Origin: Eubacteriales bacterium
GTDB taxonomy: Bacteria; Bacillota; Clostridia; Oscillospirales; SIG627
Direction: 5' to 3'
Length of the DNA stretch: 64,000 nt
NCBI GenBank assembly: GCA_045543495.1
Contig: JAZQMO010000015.1
Coordinates: 74,796-138,795, forward strand
The translations under genes were made by a program, and so were the position numbers. The notes beneath the pieces were generated by a model that worked only from the letters and a program-made list of their open reading frames with translations, was not told where the DNA came from and ran no database searches. Of this stretch, positions 45,253 to 53,928 are shown one piece after another. Within the stretch, counting starts at the first letter, position 1. Every line of letters begins with the position of its first letter.

Positions 45253-46800
45253 ATGAAATCCAAAATCATCAGTTCCGTATTGTGCGTAGCAGTTCTTTTT
45301 GCAACTGCATTTATGATCTACTATTCCCCCTCCGAGGCTCCATCGGAAGAAACAAAGGAATCTGAAGAAAACGCTACCCTCCCGAGCGAATCGGACGCCG
45401 TCGTAACAAGAGCCTACGTCATTGAAGCGGCACACGATGCAGAGGATGTAATCCATCAGCTCGCCTTCGGTGCCGGCAAATCCTACGAAAGCGAAATGAA
45501 TAGTCTTTCGCTCCGTCTGCAAAAAAGTGCTGACTACTTAAAGGATACCCTTCAGGACTATTACGGTGCAAGCTACTTTACCAAATTGAGCGAGGTATTC
45601 AGCGAAATTACAAATTCGCCCTTTCAAAGTACCTCTGATTTTTCATCTCGCGCCGCTCGCATCTTAACGGAGATCGAAAATGCATATCCCGCCGAGGCTG
45701 CTGCCATTCAGGATGAAAACCACCCCGATACTCCGATGTACTACCCCAAGTTTGACACAAGCGCAGGCGGATCATATTCTCTTGCACTTCTTTGCATTTT
45801 CCGTCAGCAATATGCCGCAAGTCAAAATCAGATCCTTCTGACCTTCGGAGGAAATGTTGCTTTCGGTGATACACTTCTTTCCTCTGCAGCCGATAACAGC
45901 TTTAAGAATGAGCTTGCAAGCATGGGCGGTCTTTACCCTCTGCAAAACCTTTCCTCCATCCTCAGAACGGATGATATCAGCTTTGCCAATCTGCAAGCTC
46001 CCCTTACAACCGAAATGACCACCGACAACAGTGACAAAATCAAGGGAATTCCGGATTATGCCAAGCAGATCAAAAACTGCGGTTTGGATGTTTTGTCCAT
46101 TTCCGATCCCGAGCTGATCGGTTACGGCGAGAACGGAAAAACCGATACCATCCGCGCCTTAAATGAAGCAGAGATCAGCTTTACGGATGAAGGAACCATC
46201 TGCTATGTGAAGACAGATCTTGGTATCGTGGCTTATCTTACTTATGACATTATAGAGGAAATTCAAGGGAATGTCAATCTGAACTATATCGAAGCTCCCA
46301 AGCAGGATATTGCCGCCGCACGCGAAGCCGGGGCAGCCATTGTAGTCGTGCATTTCAACTGGATCACCACCATGAAGAACTCCGTTGCTGCTTGCACGGC
46401 ACAGGTTCAGACCACCCGTTCCGCCATTGACAACGGTGCCGATCTTGTGTTTGGCTCGCATCAGGGCTTTTCCTCCTCGGTGGAACAGTACAAAGGAATC
46501 AATATTGTATATTCTGCAGGAAATCTATTTACCAAGGGTACCGAGGATGCACCTTCCTTTTTGGTTCAACAAGCCTTCTCCTTAAACGAAGAAGGAAAGG
46601 CTGTTCCCGGTGAGATCACCTTCATCCCCGTGGGAAGCACCGGCGGAAGCAACGCACTTCCCTACCTGAAATTGGATTCGGCTTCTGCCAATCAATTGAA
46701 GAATGATCTTGTGTCATGGTCCAGATCCCTGCGTTACGGTATCAACAAGCGAAACACCTTTACTACGGATCATATTCAGGTCATTTCCATTGAAAAATAA
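45253..46800 (+). CDS. Membrane-anchored CapA/PGA_cap-like protein with divergent metallophosphatase motifs
   Basis: About 515 aa from ATG 45253 (MKSKIISSVLCVAVLFATAF..., an N-terminal TM/signal anchor), preceded by the RBS aaaggaga. The C-terminal roughly 300 aa resemble the CapA family (LLTFGGNVAFGD, ANLQAP, VVVHFNW, FGSHQG, YSAGNLF), but several expected metal ligands are substituted. Confidence 0.45.
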   Translation: MKSKIISSVLCVAVLFATAFMIYYSPSEAPSEETKESEENATLPSESDAVVTRAYVIEAAHDAEDVIHQLAFGAGKSYESEMNSLSLRLQKSADYLKDTLQDYYGASYFTKLSEVFSEITNSPFQSTSDFSSRAARILTEIENAYPAEAAAIQDENHPDTPMYYPKFDTSAGGSYSLALLCIFRQQYAASQNQILLTFGGNVAFGDTLLSSAADNSFKNELASMGGLYPLQNLSSILRTDDISFANLQAPLTTEMTTDNSDKIKGIPDYAKQIKNCGLDVLSISDPELIGYGENGKTDTIRALNEAEISFTDEGTICYVKTDLGIVAYLTYDIIEEIQGNVNLNYIEAPKQDIAAAREAGAAIVVVHFNWITTMKNSVAACTAQVQTTRSAIDNGADLVFGSHQGFSSSVEQYKGINIVYSAGNLFTKGTEDAPSFLVQQAFSLNEEGKAVPGEITFIPVGSTGGSNALPYLKLDSASANQLKNDLVSWSRSLRYGINKRNTFTTDHIQVISIEK

Positions 46801-46804
46801 GTTC

Positions 46805-46834
46805 AAGGAGGCTGCAAAACAGCCTCCTTTCTTT
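46805..46834 (+). terminator. Rho-independent terminator
   Basis: Stem aaggaggctg/cagcctcctt with loop caaaa, followed by tcttt. Confidence 0.65.
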
Positions 46835-46841
46835 CCATAAC

Positions 46842-46870
46842 TTGTCAAACAAAGGATAGTACGATATAAT
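46842..46870 (+). promoter_or_regulatory. Promoter of tcdA
   Basis: TTGTCA (46842-46847), 17-nt spacer, TATAAT (46865-46870). Confidence 0.55.
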
Positions 46871-46898
46871 ATAGAAAAACTCGGAAAGCGTATAAAAT

Positions 46899-47612
46899 AT
46901 GGATAAAGATATACATCTACGAACAAAACCTCTCCTGAAAGAAGAAGGCATTGACGCCCTGAATCATTCCCATGTAATCGTTTTCGGTCTCGGCGGTGTG
47001 GGCGGCCACGCTGTGGAGGCGCTGGCAAGAAGCGGTGTTGGGACGCTCACGCTTGTGGATCCCGAATGTTATGATTGGTCCAACATGAACCGTCAGTTAT
47101 TTGCGACGGTCAATACCGTAGGAATGAAAAAGACGGAAGCCACGGCAAACAGAATTCGAGAAATTGCGCCCGATTGCATGATTCGCACGTTTCCCTTTTT
47201 TTATACGAAAGATACAGAACCCGAGGGCCTCTTTGATGGAGTGGATTACATTTTAGATGCCATTGACTCGGTGCCGTCTAAGCTTGATCTTATTAATCGT
47301 GCAAACGAATTAAATATTCCCATCATTGCAAGCATGGGAACGGGAAATAAGCTGGACCCCACCGCTTTTTGTGTGTCTGATATCTATAAAACGAGCGTAT
47401 GTCCCTTGGCCAAAAAGGTACGTCTTGCTTGCAAGAAAAAAGGAATTCGTAAATTGAAGGTGGTTTATTCTACCGAAGAACCGAAAATCAAAGGACTTGA
47501 AAAAGAAAATCAAGGATTTACCCCTGCCAGCACAAGCTTTGTACCGGGTGTGGCGGGAATGATCCTTGCAGGTGAAATCATAAAGGATATTACAAAAGTA
47601 TGTTTATCTTAG
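46899..47612 (+). CDS. tcdA: tRNA threonylcarbamoyladenosine dehydratase (ThiF/E1-like)
   Basis: 237 aa. Contains VIVFGLGGVGGHAVEALARSGVGTLTLVD...NRQ, a ThiF-family Rossmann fold of TcdA/CsdL size. Confidence 0.75.
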   Translation: MDKDIHLRTKPLLKEEGIDALNHSHVIVFGLGGVGGHAVEALARSGVGTLTLVDPECYDWSNMNRQLFATVNTVGMKKTEATANRIREIAPDCMIRTFPFFYTKDTEPEGLFDGVDYILDAIDSVPSKLDLINRANELNIPIIASMGTGNKLDPTAFCVSDIYKTSVCPLAKKVRLACKKKGIRKLKVVYSTEEPKIKGLEKENQGFTPASTSFVPGVAGMILAGEIIKDITKVCLS

Positions 47613-49480
47613 GCACAGAAAATTTAAGCGTTTCCTTCGGAGAAAAGATACTATTGGATAAAGTCAGCTTTTCCGTAAACCAAGGAGAAAAGGTTGCCAT
47701 CGTTGGCGTGAACGGTGCAGGAAAGAGCACCTTAATGCGATTGATTGCAAACCGCATTTCTCCCTTGGATGGAAATATTTTTATTGCAAAAGGAAAAACC
47801 ATAGGTCATTTGGAGCAACAAAGCAGTCTTGACCCCGAGAAAAGCGTATACGAAGCAGCTCTCTCCGTTTTCAAGAGTCTGCAAGAAAAAGAAATCTTGC
47901 TGGAACAGTTCACGGAGCAAATGAAAACCGATCATTCCGAAGAATTGATCGCAAGATACACCTCGCTTCAGCAACGCTTTGAGAGAGACGGCGGTTATGA
48001 ATACAAAAGCCGTGCAAAAGGGACTCTCATCAGTATGGGGTTTGATGAGAATAAACTGAATCTTGCGTTATCCGCCTTATCGGGTGGTCAAAAAACCATT
48101 CTTCAGCTTGCTCTTTTACTGTTGGAGGAACCTGATATTCTGCTTTTGGATGAACCCACCAACCATTTGGATATCCGTGCTTTAGAGTGGCTTGAAGATA
48201 AGCTGAAACGGATCCGAAGCACGGTGCTTTTGATTTCCCATGACCGATTGTTTTTGGATCGGGTAACCGATAAAACACTTGAAATTGAAAATACAAAGGC
48301 GAAGATGTACGCCTGTCCATACAGCGAATATCGCAAGCAAAAAGAGTTCGACCGTGAAATTCAGGACAGACACTACGCCAATCAGCAAAAGGAAATTGCG
48401 AGAATTGAGGCCTTTATCGCGCAGCAAAAAAGATGGAACCGAGAGAAAAATATCATTGCAGCAGAATCGCGACAAAAGGCTCTGGACCGAATGGTGAAAG
48501 TGGAAAAAAGCACGCCTCTTCCCGACAGCCTTTCCTTCCAATTTTCCAAAACCATTGAATCGGGAAATGATGTTTTAAGTGTAAAGGAGTTATCAAAAGC
48601 CTACGGGAGCACCGTGCTTTTGAATCAGCTGTCCTTTGAGGTGAAAAAGAAGGACCGCCTGATCATCATCGGTGCCAACGGAAGCGGTAAATCTACTCTT
48701 TTGCAGATTCTGGCAGGTAACCTGTCGCAGGATTCCGGCTCCTTCCGATTTGGGTACAATGTGCGCATCGGTTACTATGATCAGTATCAGCATCTAAATG
48801 AAAACAGTACCGTTTTAGAGGAAATATGGGAGGATTCAAGCCTGAATCACACCCAAATCCGTACACTTCTTGCCACCTTTCTTTTTAAGGGGGATGATGT
48901 ATTCAAGGAAATCAAGGTTCTTTCCGGCGGGGAGCGGGCCCGACTTGTACTTGCAAAATTGATGCAGAAAAAGATCAATTTGCTATTTTTGGATGAGCCT
49001 ACCAACCACTTGGATATTGAATCCAGAGAAGCTCTGGAAAACGCTTTGATGAATTTTGACGGAACCATTATCGCCGTATCTCACGACCGATACTTTGTTC
49101 GCAAGCTTGCCACTCGTATCTTGTCCTTCCGCGGGCAAGGCAGCATTGTTCGTTTTGAAGGAGATTACGACAGTTTTCAATCCTATATGTCCGCCAATCA
49201 AGCGGATGCTCCATCCGGTGTCTGCGAATCGGAAAAAGACGGCGCTTTGGATTGGGCTGAACAAAAGAAGAAAAAACAGGAAGAGCGAAAGAAGCGATCC
49301 CGCATCGAGAAAATCGAGAAGGAAATTGCCGATTGCGAAGAAAGAATTAATCTTCTTGATGAAAAAGTAAGCGCTATTACAACGGACTATGTTTTACTTC
49401 AAGAACTATATCAGGAAAAAGAAGAGATCCAAGCCAAGTGCGATACCCTGTTTGAAGAATGGTCTGTTTTAAATGAATAG
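47600..49480 (+). CDS. ABC-F family ATPase (two ABC domains, no TMD; translation-factor type)
   Basis: 626 aa. It has two Walker A motifs (GVNGAGKST and GANGSGKST), two signature motifs (LSGGQ and LSGGE), an inter-domain linker and a charged C-terminal coiled coil. Confidence 0.85.
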   Translation: MFILGTENLSVSFGEKILLDKVSFSVNQGEKVAIVGVNGAGKSTLMRLIANRISPLDGNIFIAKGKTIGHLEQQSSLDPEKSVYEAALSVFKSLQEKEILLEQFTEQMKTDHSEELIARYTSLQQRFERDGGYEYKSRAKGTLISMGFDENKLNLALSALSGGQKTILQLALLLLEEPDILLLDEPTNHLDIRALEWLEDKLKRIRSTVLLISHDRLFLDRVTDKTLEIENTKAKMYACPYSEYRKQKEFDREIQDRHYANQQKEIARIEAFIAQQKRWNREKNIIAAESRQKALDRMVKVEKSTPLPDSLSFQFSKTIESGNDVLSVKELSKAYGSTVLLNQLSFEVKKKDRLIIIGANGSGKSTLLQILAGNLSQDSGSFRFGYNVRIGYYDQYQHLNENSTVLEEIWEDSSLNHTQIRTLLATFLFKGDDVFKEIKVLSGGERARLVLAKLMQKKINLLFLDEPTNHLDIESREALENALMNFDGTIIAVSHDRYFVRKLATRILSFRGQGSIVRFEGDYDSFQSYMSANQADAPSGVCESEKDGALDWAEQKKKKQEERKKRSRIEKIEKEIADCEERINLLDEKVSAITTDYVLLQELYQEKEEIQAKCDTLFEEWSVLNE

Positions 49481-49532
49481 CATAATATACGCTGCCATCT
49501 CATACGCTTAATCAAGCGAAAGGAGGCAGCGT

Positions 49533-50045
49533 ATGTTTGTATATTCCGTTAAAGGTCAAAATTTAAAGCTTATCTTATCCCTTATGGCATCGGCAATGGT
49601 GATTGTATTGATCGTTGCACTTTTTCCAGCAAGATCAGAGGCCGTCTCACCGGATGGGAACGATCTGCCTGTTGGCATTGAATTGAAGGAATCCGACTGC
49701 AAAAACATTGAAACAAACGAGGACCGTGTTGCATTTCTGAAAAAAATCGGATGGACCGTGGAGCCTGAAATGACAGAGGTTCGTGAAGTGATCATCCCGG
49801 AAGCATTTGACAATCTGTACGCCGAATACAATCAGCTTCAGTTAGAGTGCGGCCTTGATCTTGAGAAATACAAAGGAAAGTCTGTAAAAAAATACACGTA
49901 TCTGGTCAATAATTACGAATATGACGGAAGTGTCCTCGCTACACTTTTGATCTATAAGGGAAAGGTGATCGGCGGTGATATTTCCTCCGCAAGAGCCGAT
50001 GGCTTCAGACACAGCATTTTAGCGGCAGCACCACAAGCCACATAA
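49533..50045 (+). CDS. Membrane-anchored DUF4830-like protein
   Basis: 170 aa. It has an N-terminal TM helix, then GWTVEPEMTEVREVIIPEAFDNLYAEYNQLQLECGLDLEKYKGKSVKKYTY, which resembles DUF4830 (family assignment from memory). Confidence 0.5.
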   Translation: MFVYSVKGQNLKLILSLMASAMVIVLIVALFPARSEAVSPDGNDLPVGIELKESDCKNIETNEDRVAFLKKIGWTVEPEMTEVREVIIPEAFDNLYAEYNQLQLECGLDLEKYKGKSVKKYTYLVNNYEYDGSVLATLLIYKGKVIGGDISSARADGFRHSILAAAPQAT

Positions 50046-50087
50046 AAGCTTGCAAAACGGGAACACTGAATAAAAAAGGAATGATCC

Positions 50088-50198
50088 ATGCCATTTTTCA
50101 AGCAATACCTTGTGGGCTTCTTTCTCGGAATGATCCTCTCGGTCATCGTCGCAACCTTGATTGTGATGATCGTTTTTTCTCTGAAGGGAATCCTATAA
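50088..50198 (+). CDS. Possible small hydrophobic membrane peptide (36 aa)
   Basis: ATG at 50088 with aagga 7 nt upstream. It encodes MPFFKQYLVGFFLGMILSVIVATLIVMIVFSLKGIL (one TM helix) and ends just before a terminator. It is below the ORF-track length cutoff. Confidence 0.3.
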   Translation: MPFFKQYLVGFFLGMILSVIVATLIVMIVFSLKGIL

Positions 50199-50228
50199 AA
50201 AAAGCTCGGCCGAAGCCGAGTTTTTTTT
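50197..50228. terminator. Bidirectional rho-independent terminator
   Basis: Stem ctcggc/gccgag with loop cgaa, flanked by A7 and T8. It lies between convergent genes. Confidence 0.8.
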
Positions 50229-50231
50229 ACT

Positions 50232-52880
50232 TTACTTTTTGATCATTCTTTGAATGAATTTGATCAATTCCACCAAAGGAATGATGGAGAAGCCAAGAGC
50301 CATAGCGATCACATACTCTTCCCAGCCAATGGCAACCATTCCAAACACCTCGGCAATACCGGGGATCAGAACAACAACGGTAGTCAGAAGGAGGGAAAGA
50401 AGGCCTGCACCCCAGAGCCACTTATTCTGTCCCTTGATCTTGAAGATAGATCCGTGGAGAGAACGCATATTGAAGGAGTGGAACACCTCGCACATAGCAA
50501 GGGTCAAAAATGCCATGGTGGTACCGTGCACACTTTCCAGATGAACATCAAAGTTACCGGCTTCCAGATAATGACCTACAAAATAGGAGATCAAGGTAAT
50601 AATCGTTACCAAAAGACCCTGATAGAACACGGCAACACCGAGACCGTCGGAGAAAATGCCGTCCTTGGAATCACGGGGCTTGCGGTTCATCACATCTGCT
50701 TCGGGCTCCTCCATACCAAGAGCAAGAGCGGGGAAGCAGTCGGTAATCAGGTTGATCCAGAGAAGCTGAACGGGCTGGAAGATGGTAAAGCCAATGAGCG
50801 TTGCAAAGAAGATCGCCAAAACCTCAGAAAGGTTGGAAGCAAGAAGGAACTGAATTGCTTTGCGAATGTTATCGTAAATTCTTCTTCCCTCGCCTACTGC
50901 GGAAACGATGGTGGCAAAGTTATCGTCTGCCAAGATCATATCGGCAACATTCTTCGTTACATCAGTACCGGTAATACCCATACCGACACCGATATCGGCA
51001 TTCTTAATGGAGGGAGCGTCGTTAACACCGTCACCGGTCATAGCGGTAACCATGTTCTTCTTTCTCCAAGCATTTACGATTCTGGTCTTGTGCTCGGGCT
51101 GAACACGGGCATAGACAGAATAATTCTCAACAGCGGTAAAGAACTCTTCCTCGGAAATATCATCCAGTTCAGCACCGGTAATGGCCTGAGAAGCATCGGT
51201 AATGATGCCGAGCTGCTTTGCAATAGCAACGGCGGTATCCTTGTGGTCGCCGGTGATCATAATGGGACGGATACCCGCACTGCGACATTCATCAATGGCA
51301 GGTTTTACCTCGGGGCGGACTGGGTCGATCATACCCACGAGACCCACGAAGCAAAGATCCTTTTCCACAGCCTCGGATTCATAAACCTCGGGAGTGGCCG
51401 AAAGACTCTTCATAGCAGCCGCCAATACACGGAGTGCCTGATCGGCCATTGCTTTGTTCTGTGCTAAAATTTCAGCACGCTTTTCATCCGTCAAGGGCTT
51501 CACACCCTCTTCGGTCAAAACAGAAACACAACGGTTCAAAAGCTCATCGGGAGCACCCTTGGTATACTGAACAAATGCGGAACCAATGGCGTGAACCGTA
51601 GTCATCATCTTTCTAGAGGAATCAAAGGGAACCTCACCGACACGGGGCTGCTCCTGAGAAAGCACGGGCTTTAACAGCTTGCGCTCGGTGGCATAGTTTA
51701 CAAGAGCACACTCGGTGGGCTCACCAACAGCAACTCCGCTCTCATCGGGCTCAGCATCGCTGCAAAGGGTCATAGCAGTTGCAAGAATATCCTTGTCTGC
51801 GCCGAAATCCTCCACAACGGTCATCTTATTCTGAGTCAAAGTACCGGTTTTATCGGAGCAAATGATCTGAGTACAACCCAAGGTCTCCACTGCGGTCAGC
51901 TTGCGGATAATGGCGCTGCGCTTAGACATATTGGTAACACCGATAGAGAGCACAATGGTAACAACCGTTGCAAGACCCTCGGGAATGGCGGCAACTGCCA
52001 AGGAAATGGCCAACATAAAGGAGGACAAGATAGCATTAAAGCCAAGGCCGTGACGAAGAAGCTGAACGCCGAAAATCACAACGCAAATTCCGACTACAAG
52101 GTAGGTTAGAATCTTGGAAAGACCTGCAAGCTTGATCTGCAAAGGAGTTTTTCCCTCCTCGGCCTTTGCCAATGCATCGGCAATCTTACCCATTTCGGTA
52201 TCCATGCCAATGGCAACCACAACCGCTTTGCCTCGACCGTAAACCACGGTGCTACCCATATAGCACATATTCTTACGGTCACCGAGAGCTACATCACCGT
52301 TTTCCCCTGCGGTCAAAGCCTCGGACTTTTTATCAACGGGAACCGACTCACCGGTAAGAGCGGCTTCTTCAATTTTCATAGAAGCGCTTTCAATGATTCT
52401 GGCATCGGCAGGAACGGCATCGCCTGCTTCCAAAACAATAATATCGCCAACCACCAGATCCTCGCTCTTAACAACGATCTGTTTTCCGTCACGAATTACC
52501 TTTGAGGTGGCTGCGGCAATCTCCTGAAGTGCCTCAATGGCTTTTTCCGCCTTGCTTTCCTGGAACACACCGAGAACGGCGTTGATGAGAACAACAGCGA
52601 GAATGATGATAACATCAGCAGGAAACTCCCAATGCCCCTGCGAAACGCCGTTGTAGATCTCAACCCCTGCAGAAATGGCGGCGGCAACAAGAAGAATAAT
52701 GGTCATAGGCTCGGCAAGCTGCTTCAAAAAACGATGGAAAAGAGATTCCTTCTCCCCTTCTACCAGCTTGTTTTTGCCGTCTCTTTCGCTTCTTGCGGCG
52801 GCTTCCCGCGCGGAAAGGCCTGCTTCAGAGGTCTTGAGCTCTTCCAATACTTCATTGGATTCCTTAAGAAATGGCTTCAT
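50232..52880 (-). CDS. P-type (type IIA, Ca2+/cation-transporting) ATPase
   Basis: About 882 aa from ATG 52880 (MKPFLKESNEVLEELKTSEAGLS...). Contains TGES, PEGLA, DKTGTLT, TGDHKDTA and MTGDGVNDAP motifs. The ORF-track start at 53018 lies inside the leader. Confidence 0.9.
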   Translation of the reverse strand: MKPFLKESNEVLEELKTSEAGLSAREAAARSERDGKNKLVEGEKESLFHRFLKQLAEPMTIILLVAAAISAGVEIYNGVSQGHWEFPADVIIILAVVLINAVLGVFQESKAEKAIEALQEIAAATSKVIRDGKQIVVKSEDLVVGDIIVLEAGDAVPADARIIESASMKIEEAALTGESVPVDKKSEALTAGENGDVALGDRKNMCYMGSTVVYGRGKAVVVAIGMDTEMGKIADALAKAEEGKTPLQIKLAGLSKILTYLVVGICVVIFGVQLLRHGLGFNAILSSFMLAISLAVAAIPEGLATVVTIVLSIGVTNMSKRSAIIRKLTAVETLGCTQIICSDKTGTLTQNKMTVVEDFGADKDILATAMTLCSDAEPDESGVAVGEPTECALVNYATERKLLKPVLSQEQPRVGEVPFDSSRKMMTTVHAIGSAFVQYTKGAPDELLNRCVSVLTEEGVKPLTDEKRAEILAQNKAMADQALRVLAAAMKSLSATPEVYESEAVEKDLCFVGLVGMIDPVRPEVKPAIDECRSAGIRPIMITGDHKDTAVAIAKQLGIITDASQAITGAELDDISEEEFFTAVENYSVYARVQPEHKTRIVNAWRKKNMVTAMTGDGVNDAPSIKNADIGVGMGITGTDVTKNVADMILADDNFATIVSAVGEGRRIYDNIRKAIQFLLASNLSEVLAIFFATLIGFTIFQPVQLLWINLITDCFPALALGMEEPEADVMNRKPRDSKDGIFSDGLGVAVFYQGLLVTIITLISYFVGHYLEAGNFDVHLESVHGTTMAFLTLAMCEVFHSFNMRSLHGSIFKIKGQNKWLWGAGLLSLLLTTVVVLIPGIAEVFGMVAIGWEEYVIAMALGFSIIPLVELIKFIQRMIKK

Positions 52881-53050
52881 TGAAATACATCCTTTCAAAA
52901 AAAATAACTCGGTACCACTGTACCGAGCAAAAACCCCGTACAGCAAAACCTGTACAAGAGTCTGGTTAATTAAGGTTAGCCAAATTCGCAAAGCGAATCG
53001 GAATTGTTGACAAACCACGCTATCAGCGCTAACTACTCCCTCAAGACATG
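52881..53050 (-). promoter_or_regulatory. Structured 5' leader with terminator/antiterminator; candidate yybP-ykoY (Mn2+)-like metal riboswitch
   Basis: The roughly 170-nt minus-strand leader contains GGGAGUAG near its 5' end. It also has helices guuagc/gcuaac, cgcu/agcg and auucgc/gcgaau, plus a 3' AGAC that pairs with a 5' GUCU. These are followed by the competing hairpins guacag...cuguac and cucgguac-agug-guaccgag plus a U-run (52895-52925). The class assignment is tentative. Confidence 0.4.
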
Positions 53051-53053
53051 AAA

Positions 53054-53082
53054 ATTATAACAAACCGTAAAAGATTTGTCAA
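53054..53082 (-). promoter_or_regulatory. Promoter of the P-type ATPase leader
   Basis: Minus strand: TTGACA (53077-53082), 17-nt spacer, TATAAT (53054-53059). Confidence 0.7.
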
Positions 53083-53115
53083 GAAAAAGAAACCGCAAAT
53101 TGCGATTTCTTTTTC
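53083..53115 (-). terminator. Terminator after rsmG
   Basis: Stem gaaatcgca/tgcggtttc (with G-U pairs) followed by UUUUU on the minus-strand RNA. Confidence 0.6.
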
Positions 53116-53128
53116 TATGTTTCGATCC

Positions 53129-53923
53129 TTACAGGCTCTTTTTCGTCATTTGAGCCCATTTTCTCGGATAAATCGGATTGGTATTTTTCACTTTTTTCAA
53201 AATGATAAGATAGCGGTCAGAAGATATAAAATCATTGATTTTGACTTGCTCCTCCTGACCAAATTCCGAAAGAAGAGTTTCGGGAACGATAAAGTGAATC
53301 TTCAGCACTTCCGTTAATTCTGCTCCGAGCATAGGAACGGCTTTTTTGCTTTGCTCCAATTCCTCCATGGCCTTTTGTCCCTTCAAGGCAAAGAAATATC
53401 CGCCTTTTTTGACAAACGGCAAGCACAATTCGCAAAGCACGGGCAGAGCTGCGACCGCACGGGAAACACAAAGATCAAAGCGCTCGCGGTACTGTCCCCC
53501 CTTGGCCCCCGCAAGCTCTTCTCCTCTGCCTGCAACGGGAATGATATTTTTAAGGCCGAGAGCAATTGCATTTTCCTCCAAAGCACGGATCTTCTTTGCG
53601 GTACTGTCGATCATGGTAATGGAGGTATCAGGCGACAGACAAGCAATGGGCAAGCCGGGAAATCCGCCGCCACAGCCAATATCACAAACCTTTAAGCCTG
53701 CCTCAATAGCTCTTTGAAACAAAGGACTCTGAAAGAGAGCCAAGGAATCAATTATATGCTTTAAGCTAACATCAATAGGAGAGGTTAAGGATGTAATATT
53801 GATCTTTTCATTGGTAGACACAACGAGCTCATACAGCATAGAAAGGCGATTCTGCGCTGCCTCCTCCGATGCGCCATCCACCATAGAAGCAATTAAATCA
53901 AGATACTTTTTTTCCAGTGGCAA
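53129..53923 (-). CDS. rsmG: 16S rRNA (guanine527-N7)-methyltransferase
   Basis: 264 aa. Contains the SAM motif VCDIGCGGGFPGLPIA. It lies downstream of mnmG. Confidence 0.9.
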   Translation of the reverse strand: MPLEKKYLDLIASMVDGASEEAAQNRLSMLYELVVSTNEKINITSLTSPIDVSLKHIIDSLALFQSPLFQRAIEAGLKVCDIGCGGGFPGLPIACLSPDTSITMIDSTAKKIRALEENAIALGLKNIIPVAGRGEELAGAKGGQYRERFDLCVSRAVAALPVLCELCLPFVKKGGYFFALKGQKAMEELEQSKKAVPMLGAELTEVLKIHFIVPETLLSEFGQEEQVKINDFISSDRYLIILKKVKNTNPIYPRKWAQMTKKSL

Positions 53924-53928
53924 GACCC

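Noticed and set aside
53048-53317. An 89-aa plus-strand ORF across the ATPase promoter and the rsmG 3' end
   Set aside because: It overlaps a terminator, a promoter and the conserved rsmG gene on the opposite strand. Its composition is lysine- and phenylalanine-rich, typical of AT-rich non-coding sequence.
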